The notes below the pieces were generated by a model. It ran no database searches. It saw only the letters and a list, made by a program, of their open reading frames with translations, and was not told where the DNA came from. Positions 40,516 through 50,479 of a DNA stretch of 64,000 nt are shown piece by piece; within the stretch, counting starts at the first letter, position 1; the number at the start of each line of letters is the position of its first letter. The stretch lies in NCBI GenBank assembly GCA_034670305.1, contig JAXMNT010000013.1:64001-128000 (forward strand), written 5' to 3'. This DNA comes from Deltaproteobacteria bacterium (GTDB lineage Bacteria; Myxococcota_A; Polyangia; Polyangiales; Houyiibacteriaceae). The translations under genes and the position numbers were made by a program.

Positions 40516-41970
40516 CTATCGAAGCACGTGGGTCAACGGCATGGGGGACTCGTCGAGTCGCGGAGGATCGAGCGGCTCGATGCGGCTTCGGCGATCGAGC
40601 GGCAGCAGGATCAACTCCCAACCCCGCACCGAGCTGGCGACGACGAGCAAGTGGGGAAGATCGGCACCGAGCTCCAGCAGCGCGATGTCGGAGATGCGGA
40701 GCGTGCCCGGCACATCCACGAGCGGAACCCGTTCGAACGTCCACCGGCCCCGCTGTGCCAAGAGCAGGACGGTGTCCCGCGTCGCCAACACGAGGTCGGC
40801 CAGACCATCGGGCGCGGTCGCATCGCCATGGGGCACGTCGGCCGCGATCACCGAGACGATGGCCGTCGGCGCCTCGATCGGCACCACCGCGCCCATGTCG
40901 TTGGACGTCAGCAGATTCAAGGTGTCTCCGTAGACGAAGACCTCGTTGGCCCCGTCGCCCGTGAGATCCCCGGCGCCCACGCCCCGGCTTCCCGCCACTG
41001 CGATCGTGCCGAGCGCCGTTCCGTCTGCGGCCACGCGCCGCACCGACGCGCCATCGACCACGATCCACTCCTGCTCTCCGTCGCCGTCCAGGTCGGCCCG
41101 CACCACGCCTGCGCCGTCGTTGCCGACCCGCACCCGCGCGCGGCGCGAGGGCGAAGCACCGCCGGCAAAAAGCCAGACCTCGCTCGGCCGGCGCCCGAAC
41201 CCGTCGGCCCAGTGGACGGCGGCGAAGGCCCCCTCCACGACGCTCAATCCCGTCGCTGCGATGCTCGCCAAGCTGTTCGGTGCCCCGAACCCACCGCCCG
41301 CCACGCCGGGAAGGAGATGGAGCGTGCCCCCCTCGGGCCCGCCTTCGGCGCCGATCTTCGCGGCGCCAAACACCAAGTCGGCGACGCCATCGCCGGTGAC
41401 GTCTGCAAACGCCGGCGGCGCGGGCCGGGCCGCGACACGATCGGTGGGGCGGGCGGAGACCAGTCGAACCGGCTTCACATCCACCCCGAGCCCGACGATG
41501 GACACGTTCCGTCCGTGGGCCACCGCGATCTCGGGACGCAGGTCACCCGTCAACTGCCCCGTCGTCAACCGCGCGCTCTCCCCAGGCGGCACCCCGCCCG
41601 GCACCGACTCCAACAAGACATGCCACATCGCCGCCGCCCGATCCGCGGGCCCTGGATCGGTCTCGGCTTCGGCTTCGGCTTCGGTTTCGGCTTCGGCTTC
41701 GGATTCGGATTCGGATTCGGCGTCGGCTTCGGCTTCGGCTTCGGATTCGGCTTCGGCTTCGGATTCGGATTCGGATTCGGCTTCGGCTTCGGCTTCGGTG
41801 TGGGCTTCGGCTTCGGCTTCGGCTTCGGTGCCGGCTTCGCCGTCGACCACGTCCTCGCCCATCGGCAGCACGCCGGCCGCCAGGCCCACCCCAACCAGCA
41901 CGCCCCAAATCGCGATCAGGATGCCGAGGCCACGCAACCCGGCCACTGCCTTCGCCTTCGCGTTCGTCAT
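40516..41970 (-). CDS. Membrane-anchored FG-GAP/VCBS-repeat protein with an acidic (EA/ES)n linker
   Basis: N-terminal [33 protein letters not shown]. Confidence 0.82.
   Translation of the reverse strand: MTNAKAKAVAGLRGLGILIAIWGVLVGVGLAAGVLPMGEDVVDGEAGTEAEAEAEAHTEAEAEAESESESEAEAESEAEAEADAESESESEAEAETEAEAEAETDPGPADRAAAMWHVLLESVPGGVPPGESARLTTGQLTGDLRPEIAVAHGRNVSIVGLGVDVKPVRLVSARPTDRVAARPAPPAFADVTGDGVADLVFGAAKIGAEGGPEGGTLHLLPGVAGGGFGAPNSLASIAATGLSVVEGAFAAVHWADGFGRRPSEVWLFAGGASPSRRARVRVGNDGAGVVRADLDGDGEQEWIVVDGASVRRVAADGTALGTIAVAGSRGVGAGDLTGDGANEVFVYGDTLNLLTSNDMGAVVPIEAPTAIVSVIAADVPHGDATAPDGLADLVLATRDTVLLLAQRGRWTFERVPLVDVPGTLRISDIALLELGADLPHLLVVASSVRGWELILLPLDRRSRIEPLDPPRLDESPMPLTHVLR
41661..41838. 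repeat. In-frame hexamer satellite (TCGGCT/TCGGAT)n encoding EAEAE/ESESE
   Basis: Read directly. Confidence 0.95.
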
Positions 41971-42863
41971 CGCTTGCGCTTCTTCCGCTTCTTCTTCTTG
42001 CGCGTGCCCGCGACGCCCGCCCGGGGTGGCTCGGCCTGACAGGGATCGACACCAAAGAACTTCACCATGCGCTCGTACAGTTCTGGATGGCGGTCCGCCA
42101 GCTTTCTCGGACGTTCGAAGAAGACTTCCACCGAGACCGCGAAGAGCTCCGCCCGGTTCGTGCCTGCATAGTCGCGCAGCACCGAACGTCCTTTGCGGAC
42201 CCGAAGCAGCTCTTCTTTGACCGTCTCGTCCCACCCGGATTGGTCGGAGACGTCGGGGACGCCATCGGCGTATCCGTCCATCAAGTCGAGCACATGCGCC
42301 CACTCGTGGATGGAGACGTTGTGCCCATCGGTGTCCGACTTCCATCCCCGGCGCAGCGACTTCGAGCTGAAGATGATCGGGCCTTGACGGTGCACCATGC
42401 CAAGGATGTTGCCCTTGCCATGGCCGCCGTAGTCGTCGTCGAACGAGTCGGGGTAGATCAGGATCGATCGCCGCGCGGGCAGCTCCGCATCGTCGAGGTG
42501 ATGGACCAGCACCGCAGCACCTGCGACCGCCAGCACTCGAATCTCGTCGTCGAGCGTGCCGCCGACCGCTTCAAAGTCGTACTCCGCGAGCAACAGCTGC
42601 ACCCGGTGGGCGAACTTCGCCTGTCCGGCGTCGTCGAGCAGCCGGTAGAAGCGGATGCGCTCGAGTGCCTCCCGCGCTTCGGAGGAGAGCGGTGTTCGGC
42701 GACCCACCCACCTGCGGTACGGGCGCCTCGAGACGGCGACGGCGTAGATCAGCGCGACGCCGATGCCGACGAACACCGCGCCCATCGAACCGCGCTCGAT
42801 CCCCAACCAGGCGAGGCCGAGGGCGAGCGCCACCGCCACGCTGAGATGCACCGCCAGCCGCAT
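41967..42863 (-). CDS. MtfA-like (peptidase M90) zinc-dependent peptidase
   Basis: ILIYP, DGHNVSIHEWAHVLD (HExxH), YAGTNRAELFAV..E.FFERP, HPELY. Confidence 0.9.
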   Translation of the reverse strand: MRLAVHLSVAVALALGLAWLGIERGSMGAVFVGIGVALIYAVAVSRRPYRRWVGRRTPLSSEAREALERIRFYRLLDDAGQAKFAHRVQLLLAEYDFEAVGGTLDDEIRVLAVAGAAVLVHHLDDAELPARRSILIYPDSFDDDYGGHGKGNILGMVHRQGPIIFSSKSLRRGWKSDTDGHNVSIHEWAHVLDLMDGYADGVPDVSDQSGWDETVKEELLRVRKGRSVLRDYAGTNRAELFAVSVEVFFERPRKLADRHPELYERMVKFFGVDPCQAEPPRAGVAGTRKKKKRKKRKR

Positions 42864-42888
42864 GGTTCAGAGCCCGTGAGGGCCTGAG

Positions 42889-43443
42889 CTACCCCGCCGA
42901 CGGATGGCAGTGGTTGCAGGTGTAGTTCTCGATGCCGAGCAACGTGCCCATGGTCGGGGTCACCCGGTCGCGCATGAAAGTCACCATGTCCGGGAAGATG
43001 CGCTCCATGTTCTCCCACGCTGGGGTGCCTGGCTGCGGAACACGGTACTGGTTCGCGGCGGGCATGGCGTACTCGACGTCTGCGCCGTCGGCGCCGTGAC
43101 AGGTCTGGCATCCGTAGGACGCTGGCGACCAGCGTTCGGCGTCGTGCTCGCCGAAGACCTCTTTCATGATCGGCAGCACCTTGCCGACCATGTACCACTC
43201 GCGATCTTCGTGGCTCATCTCCGCCCACGGAGTGTCCGGACCGGAGATGCCGATGCTCTCGATCGCGCCGTGGTGGGACTCGACCACCGGGGCTTCGTCG
43301 TCGCCCCAGTCGTCGTCGAATCCGAGCTCGTCTTCGCTCCCGCCTGCCGTTCCGTCACCCGTGCCGCCGGTGGTCTGGGTGTCGTTGCCGTCGCCTCCAC
43401 ACGAGAAGACGAGGAGAAAGGAGAGAAAGGCCGCGGTTCGCAT
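42889..43443 (-). CDS. Di-heme c-type cytochrome lipoprotein
   Basis: LVFSC lipobox; CQTCH and CNHCH. Confidence 0.8.
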   Translation of the reverse strand: MRTAAFLSFLLVFSCGGDGNDTQTTGGTGDGTAGGSEDELGFDDDWGDDEAPVVESHHGAIESIGISGPDTPWAEMSHEDREWYMVGKVLPIMKEVFGEHDAERWSPASYGCQTCHGADGADVEYAMPAANQYRVPQPGTPAWENMERIFPDMVTFMRDRVTPTMGTLLGIENYTCNHCHPSAG

Positions 43444-43609
43444 GCCCGGAAGCATACACGCGTCCGATTCCTCAGCGGAACGATGTTGGAGGTCGATGGA
43501 CCTGGAGCTTGTGGTGGCCTCGCCGTCGCGAAACACACGGCGTCCACGACGCGGGCAAGGGCACGGGCAAGGGCAACGGCAAGGGAGCAGGTCGCTTTTC
43601 AGCGACCTG

Positions 43610-46600
43610 CTAGGAGGACGGCGGGGGGGGCGGGTCGCTCGTCTCGCGCATGAGCGACGCATCGGTGAACGCCCGGAACCCATCGGCATCCCCGGCCTCT
43701 GCGGCCATGCGGGCCGCGTCCTCGTACTGAAGACGCGCTTCGGTGGAGCGGCGCATCGCCTCGTACACCCGGCCCAGGTTGGCCGCGGCACGCGCTTCGA
43801 GCGCGGGCGCGTCGGCGTCTTCCGCAAGCTTGCGCGCGCCCTTCGCGTGCTCCTCCGCCGCCTCGAAGTCGCCGGTGACTTCGAGGGCGTGGGCCAGGCG
43901 CAGCTGGCTCGTCGCGCGGACGAGCGACGACGCACCCATCTCCGTCTGGACTTCGAGGGCCCGTCGGAAGGCGTTGGACGCCGCGGTGGCATCTCCGCCC
44001 TGCAGGCGGAGGTCCCCGAGCGCGACCTGAAGCGCGCCCTCGACCTCCGGCTCGACGCCAGCGCAGATCTCCAGCGCCTGCCCGTAGTGGCGCATCGCGT
44101 CCCGGTTTCGATCCCGCAGGCTCGCGATGGTGCCCAGCACCAAGTGCATGCGGGCCCGCGCCGAATCGTACGGATTGGTCAGGTCGAGCACCTCGCGCAC
44201 CACTCCGTCCGCGTGCGCGAGCTCGCCGGTCTTCGCGAGCGCGAGCCCGAGCTTCCGGCTGAAGGTCACCGTGGCGGTGTCCATGACGGTGTCGCCGCTC
44301 TCGAGGGTCTCGCGACGCGCCAGTTCGACCGCCCGCTGAAAAGCGAGGACCGCGGTCGCGGGATCGCCGCGCGTCATGGCGACGTCGCCCATGCGCTCGA
44401 GCGTCATCAGCGTGCGCATCGGTTCGTCCGCGCGGTACGCGTGTTCCGCGCGGACTTCGAGCGGCGCGCTGCGCTCGGAGTACGCCGCGAGGATCTTGGT
44501 GTGGAGATCTTTTCGAGCCGCCGCTGGAATGAAGGCCTCCACCAACTCGGCGACGAAGCGGTGCCCCGCTTCGATCGTGGTCCCGGTGATCTGGACCAGG
44601 TTCGACTCGCGCAACTCTTCCAGCCCCTCGACGTCGCGCGCCGCAGCGACTTCGCGGAAGAGGCCGAGATCGCAGCGACCGCCGAAGGCGGAGATGACCT
44701 GGAGCGCGCGCTGCGCCCGCAACGTGAGCCGCTCGACCCGCTGCGCGACGGCATCGGCCAGACGTGGCGGGAGGGTGGGATCCAGCGTCAGCGTGTCGTG
44801 TTCGCGGATCTGATCCAGGTAGAGCGGGAGGAGCCGACGGCCGACGGCCTCCGGGGCGCCTTCGACCGGAGGTTCACCGAGGACCTCCGACGCCTGTTCG
44901 AGCGTGAGTCCGAGAAGTGCGACCTGGTCGGTGACGTCGGTGTGGCCGTGTAGATCCGCCGTCAACAGAAGCACGGAGTCCCGGTCGAGCGCATCGGGGA
45001 GCCGGTCGATCACCTCGCGGGTGAGGCCGTCGCACCGGGAGTAGTCGTCGATCATCAACACGACCCGCTCGACCTGTTCGCGGCTGCTCGCGATGCGCAC
45101 CGCGGTGGCGAGCGCTTCACACACGGCGCCGGCGCGCGAAGGGTGTTCGCTGCCGATGAGCCCCTTCGGCTCGCCGAGTTCACTGAGCCCCGCCCGCGTC
45201 ATCGGATCCGCGAACATGCCCGCGTCGCGCGCGACCGCGGAGAGTTCGTCCTCCGCGACCTGGAGCAGGCCCGCGACGATGGTGCGAATCGGTGTGTAGG
45301 GAACCGGCGCGTAGAACGGAAGCGGCCCGGCGCCCGCCACGAGGTCCCCCGCCTCCGCAAACCGGCCCGCGGCTTCGTGCATCAAGCGCGTCTTGCCGAC
45401 GCCGTGTTCGCCCACGATCTCGGCTCGGAGGAAACGTCCGGTGGCCTCGCGGCGGAGCGCGTCGAGACGGGCGAGTTCTTCGTCGCGTCCCACCAAGGGA
45501 CCCCGGTCATCGGTCGGTGGGTAGAAGGATCGGATCGGCTTCTTCGGTGTCGGCGAAGTCGGACGCCGAGAGTCGTCTCCGATGCGCGTGCCGCAGGAAC
45601 CGCAGAACTTCATGTTCGTGGGGTTCGTCGCACTGCAGGCGGGACAGGTCCGGGTCGTGCCGTCGCGGTTGGCGGCGAGCGCGTCCGCAGCCCGGCGCAG
45701 CTCCGCGGCCATCTCGGCGGCGGATTGGTATCGATCGTCGGCGCGTTTCGCGAGCGCCTTGATCGCGATGTCCGCCAAGACGTCCGGAACGCCGCGGTGC
45801 GGCGCGGTGACGCGGGGATCCGGAATCGGGTCGTTGATGTGCCGGAGCACGACCTTGGTCGGCGTCTCCGCTTCAAAGGGCAGCTCGTCCGTGAGCAGCT
45901 CGTAGAGCACGACGCCGACCGCGTAGAGATCGCCGCGGCCGTCGATGGTCTCGCCTTTGCCCTGCTCCGGCGACATGTAGTCGGGCGTGCCACACACGAG
46001 CCCGGGGCGGGTGATCGAGGTCCCGCCACCGCCCACGATGGTGGCCAGGCCGAAGTCCACCACCTTCACCAGGTCTTGCCCGGTGCGGAGCTTGCGAACG
46101 ATGACGTTCTCGGGCTTCAGGTCTCGGTGAACGATGTCGAGCGCGTGCGCTTCGCCAAGCGCGTCGAGCATGCCGACCAGCACCGAGCAGATGCGGGGGA
46201 ACGGGAGGGGCCCTTCCTCGTGCATCACCATCGCCAGGTCCTTGCCGCGCAAGAACTCCATCGCGAGGTACAGGATGCCGTCGTCGGTTCGGCCGAAGTC
46301 GATGACGCTGACGCTGTTGGGATGGTTCAGGCGGCTGGAGGCACGCGCTTCGGTGTAGAAGCGCGCCACGGTCTGTTCGTCGCCCAGCAGGTGGGGGTGA
46401 ATGACCTTGATCGCGACGGTGCGCCCAAGCGTGGTCTGCTCGGCGCGGTAGACCCGCCCCATGCCGCCGACGCCGACGATCTCCTGGAGCACGTAGTTGC
46501 CGCCGATGACCCGGCCGACGAGGGGGTCGGCGTTGCCCGAGGAGCCCTCGGAGAACAGAGCGGCGCCACAGGTGGCACAGAAGCGGTCGTCGGACTGCGC

Positions 46601-46648
46601 CGCCGCCCCGCACTGATGGCAAACTCGCACGGCCGGAGAATACCCCAA
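43610..46648 (-). CDS. Ser/Thr kinase with zinc ribbons, a P-loop ATPase domain and a TPR-like tail
   Basis: CHQC..CATC, GVGGMG, HRDLKPEN, DFG, CPAC..CGSC, LVGRDEEL, GEHGVGKT, helical repeats. Confidence 0.92.
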   Translation of the reverse strand: MGYSPAVRVCHQCGAAAQSDDRFCATCGAALFSEGSSGNADPLVGRVIGGNYVLQEIVGVGGMGRVYRAEQTTLGRTVAIKVIHPHLLGDEQTVARFYTEARASSRLNHPNSVSVIDFGRTDDGILYLAMEFLRGKDLAMVMHEEGPLPFPRICSVLVGMLDALGEAHALDIVHRDLKPENVIVRKLRTGQDLVKVVDFGLATIVGGGGTSITRPGLVCGTPDYMSPEQGKGETIDGRGDLYAVGVVLYELLTDELPFEAETPTKVVLRHINDPIPDPRVTAPHRGVPDVLADIAIKALAKRADDRYQSAAEMAAELRRAADALAANRDGTTRTCPACSATNPTNMKFCGSCGTRIGDDSRRPTSPTPKKPIRSFYPPTDDRGPLVGRDEELARLDALRREATGRFLRAEIVGEHGVGKTRLMHEAAGRFAEAGDLVAGAGPLPFYAPVPYTPIRTIVAGLLQVAEDELSAVARDAGMFADPMTRAGLSELGEPKGLIGSEHPSRAGAVCEALATAVRIASSREQVERVVLMIDDYSRCDGLTREVIDRLPDALDRDSVLLLTADLHGHTDVTDQVALLGLTLEQASEVLGEPPVEGAPEAVGRRLLPLYLDQIREHDTLTLDPTLPPRLADAVAQRVERLTLRAQRALQVISAFGGRCDLGLFREVAAARDVEGLEELRESNLVQITGTTIEAGHRFVAELVEAFIPAAARKDLHTKILAAYSERSAPLEVRAEHAYRADEPMRTLMTLERMGDVAMTRGDPATAVLAFQRAVELARRETLESGDTVMDTATVTFSRKLGLALAKTGELAHADGVVREVLDLTNPYDSARARMHLVLGTIASLRDRNRDAMRHYGQALEICAGVEPEVEGALQVALGDLRLQGGDATAASNAFRRALEVQTEMGASSLVRATSQLRLAHALEVTGDFEAAEEHAKGARKLAEDADAPALEARAAANLGRVYEAMRRSTEARLQYEDAARMAAEAGDADGFRAFTDASLMRETSDPPPPPSS

Positions 46649-46714
46649 GAAGTCCGCGGGGGTAGGATGAGTTCCGTCGGTGGTCGTGCCTGCGTTCAGG
46701 GACGCCCCAGACCC

Positions 46715-48304
46715 CTACGGCCGGCCCACCCGTCGGGCGATTTGCGGGCCCAACCCCTCGAGCGCAGCGCCCCGGGCAGACGCCACCACCCGGCCCTCCG
46801 AAATCAGAAACGCCGCGGGCACCGGAGGCGCGCCAAACGCCGGTGGGGGCGTGGGGTCGAGGCGCAGATCGAAGGGCAAAGGGGTCGGCTGCGCCGCCAG
46901 GAACGCGTCCAGCGCCGACCGATCTTCGTCTACGGCGACGGCCACGATCCGCAGGCCCTCTCCGTGTTGCACCTGCAGTGCACGCATCACGTCGAGTTCT
47001 TCCCGGCACGGTGCACACCAGGATGCCCAGAACACGAGCAGCGTCGGGGTCTCTCCGTCGTGGACCGGGGCTTCGCCCCCCGACACGCGCACCGGTGCGT
47101 AGGTGGGGAGGTCGTCGCCGAGCCGAATCCGGTTCGGCGGCGCTTGCGGGCTGGGGGCGGGTTGGGGGTCCCCGAGTGCCGAGAGCCGCTGCCGCGTGAC
47201 CCGCAGCCGGCCATGGGAGACCATGGCGACATACGCCACGCCATCGCGAACCCGGAGGTCCACGTGGACCGCACCGGTGGACCGGAGCACCGGCTTCGGG
47301 TCGGTCCGTTCGCCAGTCTCCGTCACGAGTTGGAGGACCCATCGCCGCCCGTCGGGCCGCAGCACCACTGCGTTCCCCGCGTCGGCGAGCTTGACCGAGA
47401 GGCGCGGATCGGAGTCGTGGGCCAGGTGGATCGGCGCCGCGAAGATTGGCGCGGCGGACGCCGGGTGGGTGCCGAACGCGAGTTGCAGTGTGTGCCCCTG
47501 CTCGCTCCCGACCGCTGTGGACCAGCCCACCACCGTCTTCGATCCGCCTTCGCCCAGCAACGCGTCCACGCTCGGACCCGGTTGCACCGGGTCCCCGAAC
47601 GCACAGGGCGGTCGCTGCCATCCGTCCTGCGCAACGTGCCCGCGTTGGTCGAACGCCGTCGAGTCGCGGGCGGCGGAGAGCCAGCTCAGATCGTGGATCT
47701 CCATCGGGTCCCGGTCTCGGTAGACAAGCAGGGGCGGGCCCGATCGGGTGGCCGCCAAACCACTGCACAGGTCCAGCCGGTCGTCCGGGTCGTTCAGAGC
47801 GCGCCCCACCTGCGGGTCTCGCGTCAACAGCATGGGTGCCATGCCGGCGAACTGTCCGATCCATGCGGCAAAGACATCTCCACCGCGGCGTCCCCAAGCG
47901 ACCTGCTCGGTGCTGCGTGCACCATCCAGAACCACCGACGAGCCGAAGGTGTCGCCCCGCCGCACGTACACGCCGACCACTTCGCCATCGTCCACCACCG
48001 CGTACAGCTGCGAGCCGCGCTGAATCATCGGGACCGGACCCCGCGCCTGCCGAGCGACGCGTGTGGGCGTGGTCCAGCCCGCTTCCTGATGCCGGATCAT
48101 CCACGCCCCACCGCCTTGCAGGTACGACAGCCCCATCTCAGCGCCTTCGAACTCGATCCACCGAGGATGGGAGAGTTCGCCTTCGCCCGAAGCCGGCGGG
48201 TCGAACTCCTCGAAGGGCGGCGGGGCAGGCGCTTCTTCGTCGCCGCCGCATCCGAGCGTCATGCAAAGCGTCCAAACCATCATCGAGAGCCGGCGCACGA
48301 TCAT
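46715..48304 (-). CDS. Lipoprotein with a C-terminal TlpA-type thioredoxin domain
   Basis: TLGC lipobox; LLVFWASWCAPCREE, VAVAVD. Confidence 0.75.
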   Translation of the reverse strand: MIVRRLSMMVWTLCMTLGCGGDEEAPAPPPFEEFDPPASGEGELSHPRWIEFEGAEMGLSYLQGGGAWMIRHQEAGWTTPTRVARQARGPVPMIQRGSQLYAVVDDGEVVGVYVRRGDTFGSSVVLDGARSTEQVAWGRRGGDVFAAWIGQFAGMAPMLLTRDPQVGRALNDPDDRLDLCSGLAATRSGPPLLVYRDRDPMEIHDLSWLSAARDSTAFDQRGHVAQDGWQRPPCAFGDPVQPGPSVDALLGEGGSKTVVGWSTAVGSEQGHTLQLAFGTHPASAAPIFAAPIHLAHDSDPRLSVKLADAGNAVVLRPDGRRWVLQLVTETGERTDPKPVLRSTGAVHVDLRVRDGVAYVAMVSHGRLRVTRQRLSALGDPQPAPSPQAPPNRIRLGDDLPTYAPVRVSGGEAPVHDGETPTLLVFWASWCAPCREELDVMRALQVQHGEGLRIVAVAVDEDRSALDAFLAAQPTPLPFDLRLDPTPPPAFGAPPVPAAFLISEGRVVASARGAALEGLGPQIARRVGRP

Positions 48305-48352
48305 GAAGGGCTGCGTACCACGCGATCACCGTGGCGGCGACTCGGCCGGGGC

Positions 48353-50479
48353 TCAGCTTCGGCGGGAGAGGAACCCTGCGAGGCCGCTCGACCGCTCGAC
48401 CGTGTGGGTGATGCCGTGTCGGATCAGCGCTTCGGAGCCGACCAGCGTCACCGAACGACGGGCGCGGGTGATCGCCGTGTAGAGGATCTCGCGGGTCAGG
48501 AGCGGAATGGGCTCGCTCGGGAGCAGCACCGCCACCGCGTCGAACTCCGAGCCCTGCGCCTTGTGGATTGTGAGCGCGTGGGCGAGCTCGATCCGTTGAC
48601 CGAGGGCCGCCACGGCGAACACCAGAAAGCGGCCGCCGCGCCGGAACACCGCGCAGCGCTCGGAGCCGCTGTGTCCGTCGCGATCCACCCAGACGACGAT
48701 GCCCTGGTCTCCGTTGAAGAGCCCGCGGCCGTAGTCGTTGCGGGTCACGAGCACCGGCTCGCCCACGCCGATGCGCACGTGGGCGGGCGCACCCTGCCGC
48801 TCGAGGTGGGTGCGGTGGAAGGTCGCGTTGACCGCGTCGGTGCCCGTGCTGCGCCCGCGGGTGAGGCAGAGCACCCGCCGCCGCGAGGCGTGTTCGAACG
48901 ATCGATCGAGCCGAGCGCGCGCTTCGGCGTCGAAACCTTCGTCTGGGCGCCAACGGAGGCCGCGGCGAAAACTCTCGATCGCCTCGTCGCTCGTGCCTCG
49001 GGACCACCCAGCGAGGAACGAATCGAGTTCGCCGGACCAGCGAACGACGCCGAGTGGGGGCACGGAAGCGGGAGCGGGCGCGGAAGCGGCAGCGGCAGCG
49101 GAAGCGGGAGCGGAATCCGAATCCGAAGCCGAATCCGAAGCCGAATCCGAAGCCGAAGCCGAATCCGAATCCGAAGCCGAATCCGAAGCCGAATCCGAAG
49201 CCGAAGCCGATGCCGAAGGCGAAGCCGAAGCCGAAGCCGAGGCCGAAGCCGATGCCGATGCCGATGCCGGTGCCGAGGCCAGGAGGGTATGGAGGGCTTC
49301 GTCGGCGTCGCCTCGGTCGATGGCGCGGGCGACGGTGAGGACGTGGCTGCCGGCGGGGTCGGAGGGGTCCATGCGGAAGCTCTCGGTCAGGCGGGCGACG
49401 CGGGGGGTGTCGGCGAGCACGTCGCAGAGGTCGCGGAAGGCGGCGCCGGCGTCGACGCTTGGGAGCTGTTGCGCGTCGCCCAGGAGGACGAGTCGCGCGT
49501 CTTCGGGCAACGCGCGCAGGAGGCGGTCGAGCATGGCCACGTCGATCATCGAACTCTCGTCGACGATCACCACGCGCTCCGAGAGCGGGTTGCGTTCGTG
49601 GTGACGGAAGCGTTGGGTGCTGGGGATGTAGCCGAGCAACCGGTGCAGCGTGCGGGCGGACCAGGCGCGGTCGGCGACGCCCTCCCCGAAGCTCACGCCG
49701 GCGGATTCGATCGACTCGCGCATCCGGTCGGCGGCTTTTCCGGTTGGTGCGGTCAACGCGATGTCGCTCTGCGCGACGCCGGCGGCGACGAGCACGCGCA
49801 GGATCGCGACCACGATCGAGGTCTTGCCCGAGCCGGGTTCGCCGCTGACCAAGGTGAGTCGGCCCGTACACGCCCGCTCCACCGCGGCGCGCTGTGCCTC
49901 CGAGAGCGCGTGCCCGCCGGCCGAGTCGAGGGTGCGCAAGGCGTCGGCGAGCCCAGGGAGTGGCGCATCGACCAGGCGCGACTCGACGTCCCGCGCCACC
50001 CGCGTCTCGAGCGCGTGGAGGCGCTGCGCGTACAGGTGGTCGTCCTCCACCAGCAATGGACGGTAGGCCCCGGGCCGGCCGATTGCAGGCGCGAACCGTT
50101 CCGGATCCGTGGCGACTTTCTCCGCCAGCGCTTCGAGCTCGAGCGGCAACTGAAGGTCTTCGAGATGCCGCCGCAACGCGGGCCCTCGAAGCGGAAGTCG
50201 GGTCGACCCTCGGGCATGGGCGAGCCGGGCCGCAGTGACCAAACCTGCGAACTGCACCCGGTCGATCGACGCCGGGAGGAGACGCGCGAGCTCGACCCCG
50301 AGCGCCAGGTCCGCCTCGTCCAGATCCATGGACTGCGCCGCGAGCACGACCGCCTTGTCGAGCATCGGCCCTTCGATGGCGGCCACGCCCGCGCCGCGCG
50401 GATCGGTCCAGTCTCGGGCTTCGTCGAGGCGATCGCCGTCGTCCAAGTCGGCGCCGCGCGCCTTGGGATCCGCCGTCAT
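48353..50479 (-). CDS. recD: Exodeoxyribonuclease V alpha subunit
   Basis: [64 protein letters not shown]. Confidence 0.95.
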   Translation of the reverse strand: MTADPKARGADLDDGDRLDEARDWTDPRGAGVAAIEGPMLDKAVVLAAQSMDLDEADLALGVELARLLPASIDRVQFAGLVTAARLAHARGSTRLPLRGPALRRHLEDLQLPLELEALAEKVATDPERFAPAIGRPGAYRPLLVEDDHLYAQRLHALETRVARDVESRLVDAPLPGLADALRTLDSAGGHALSEAQRAAVERACTGRLTLVSGEPGSGKTSIVVAILRVLVAAGVAQSDIALTAPTGKAADRMRESIESAGVSFGEGVADRAWSARTLHRLLGYIPSTQRFRHHERNPLSERVVIVDESSMIDVAMLDRLLRALPEDARLVLLGDAQQLPSVDAGAAFRDLCDVLADTPRVARLTESFRMDPSDPAGSHVLTVARAIDRGDADEALHTLLASAPASASASASASASASASPSASASASDSASDSASDSDSASASDSASDSASDSDSAPASAAAAASAPAPASVPPLGVVRWSGELDSFLAGWSRGTSDEAIESFRRGLRWRPDEGFDAEARARLDRSFEHASRRRVLCLTRGRSTGTDAVNATFHRTHLERQGAPAHVRIGVGEPVLVTRNDYGRGLFNGDQGIVVWVDRDGHSGSERCAVFRRGGRFLVFAVAALGQRIELAHALTIHKAQGSEFDAVAVLLPSEPIPLLTREILYTAITRARRSVTLVGSEALIRHGITHTVERSSGLAGFLSRRS
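49074..49278. repeat. In-frame hexamer satellite (CCGAAG/CCGAAT)n inside recD, encoding (SA/SD)n
   Basis: Read directly. Confidence 0.95.
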
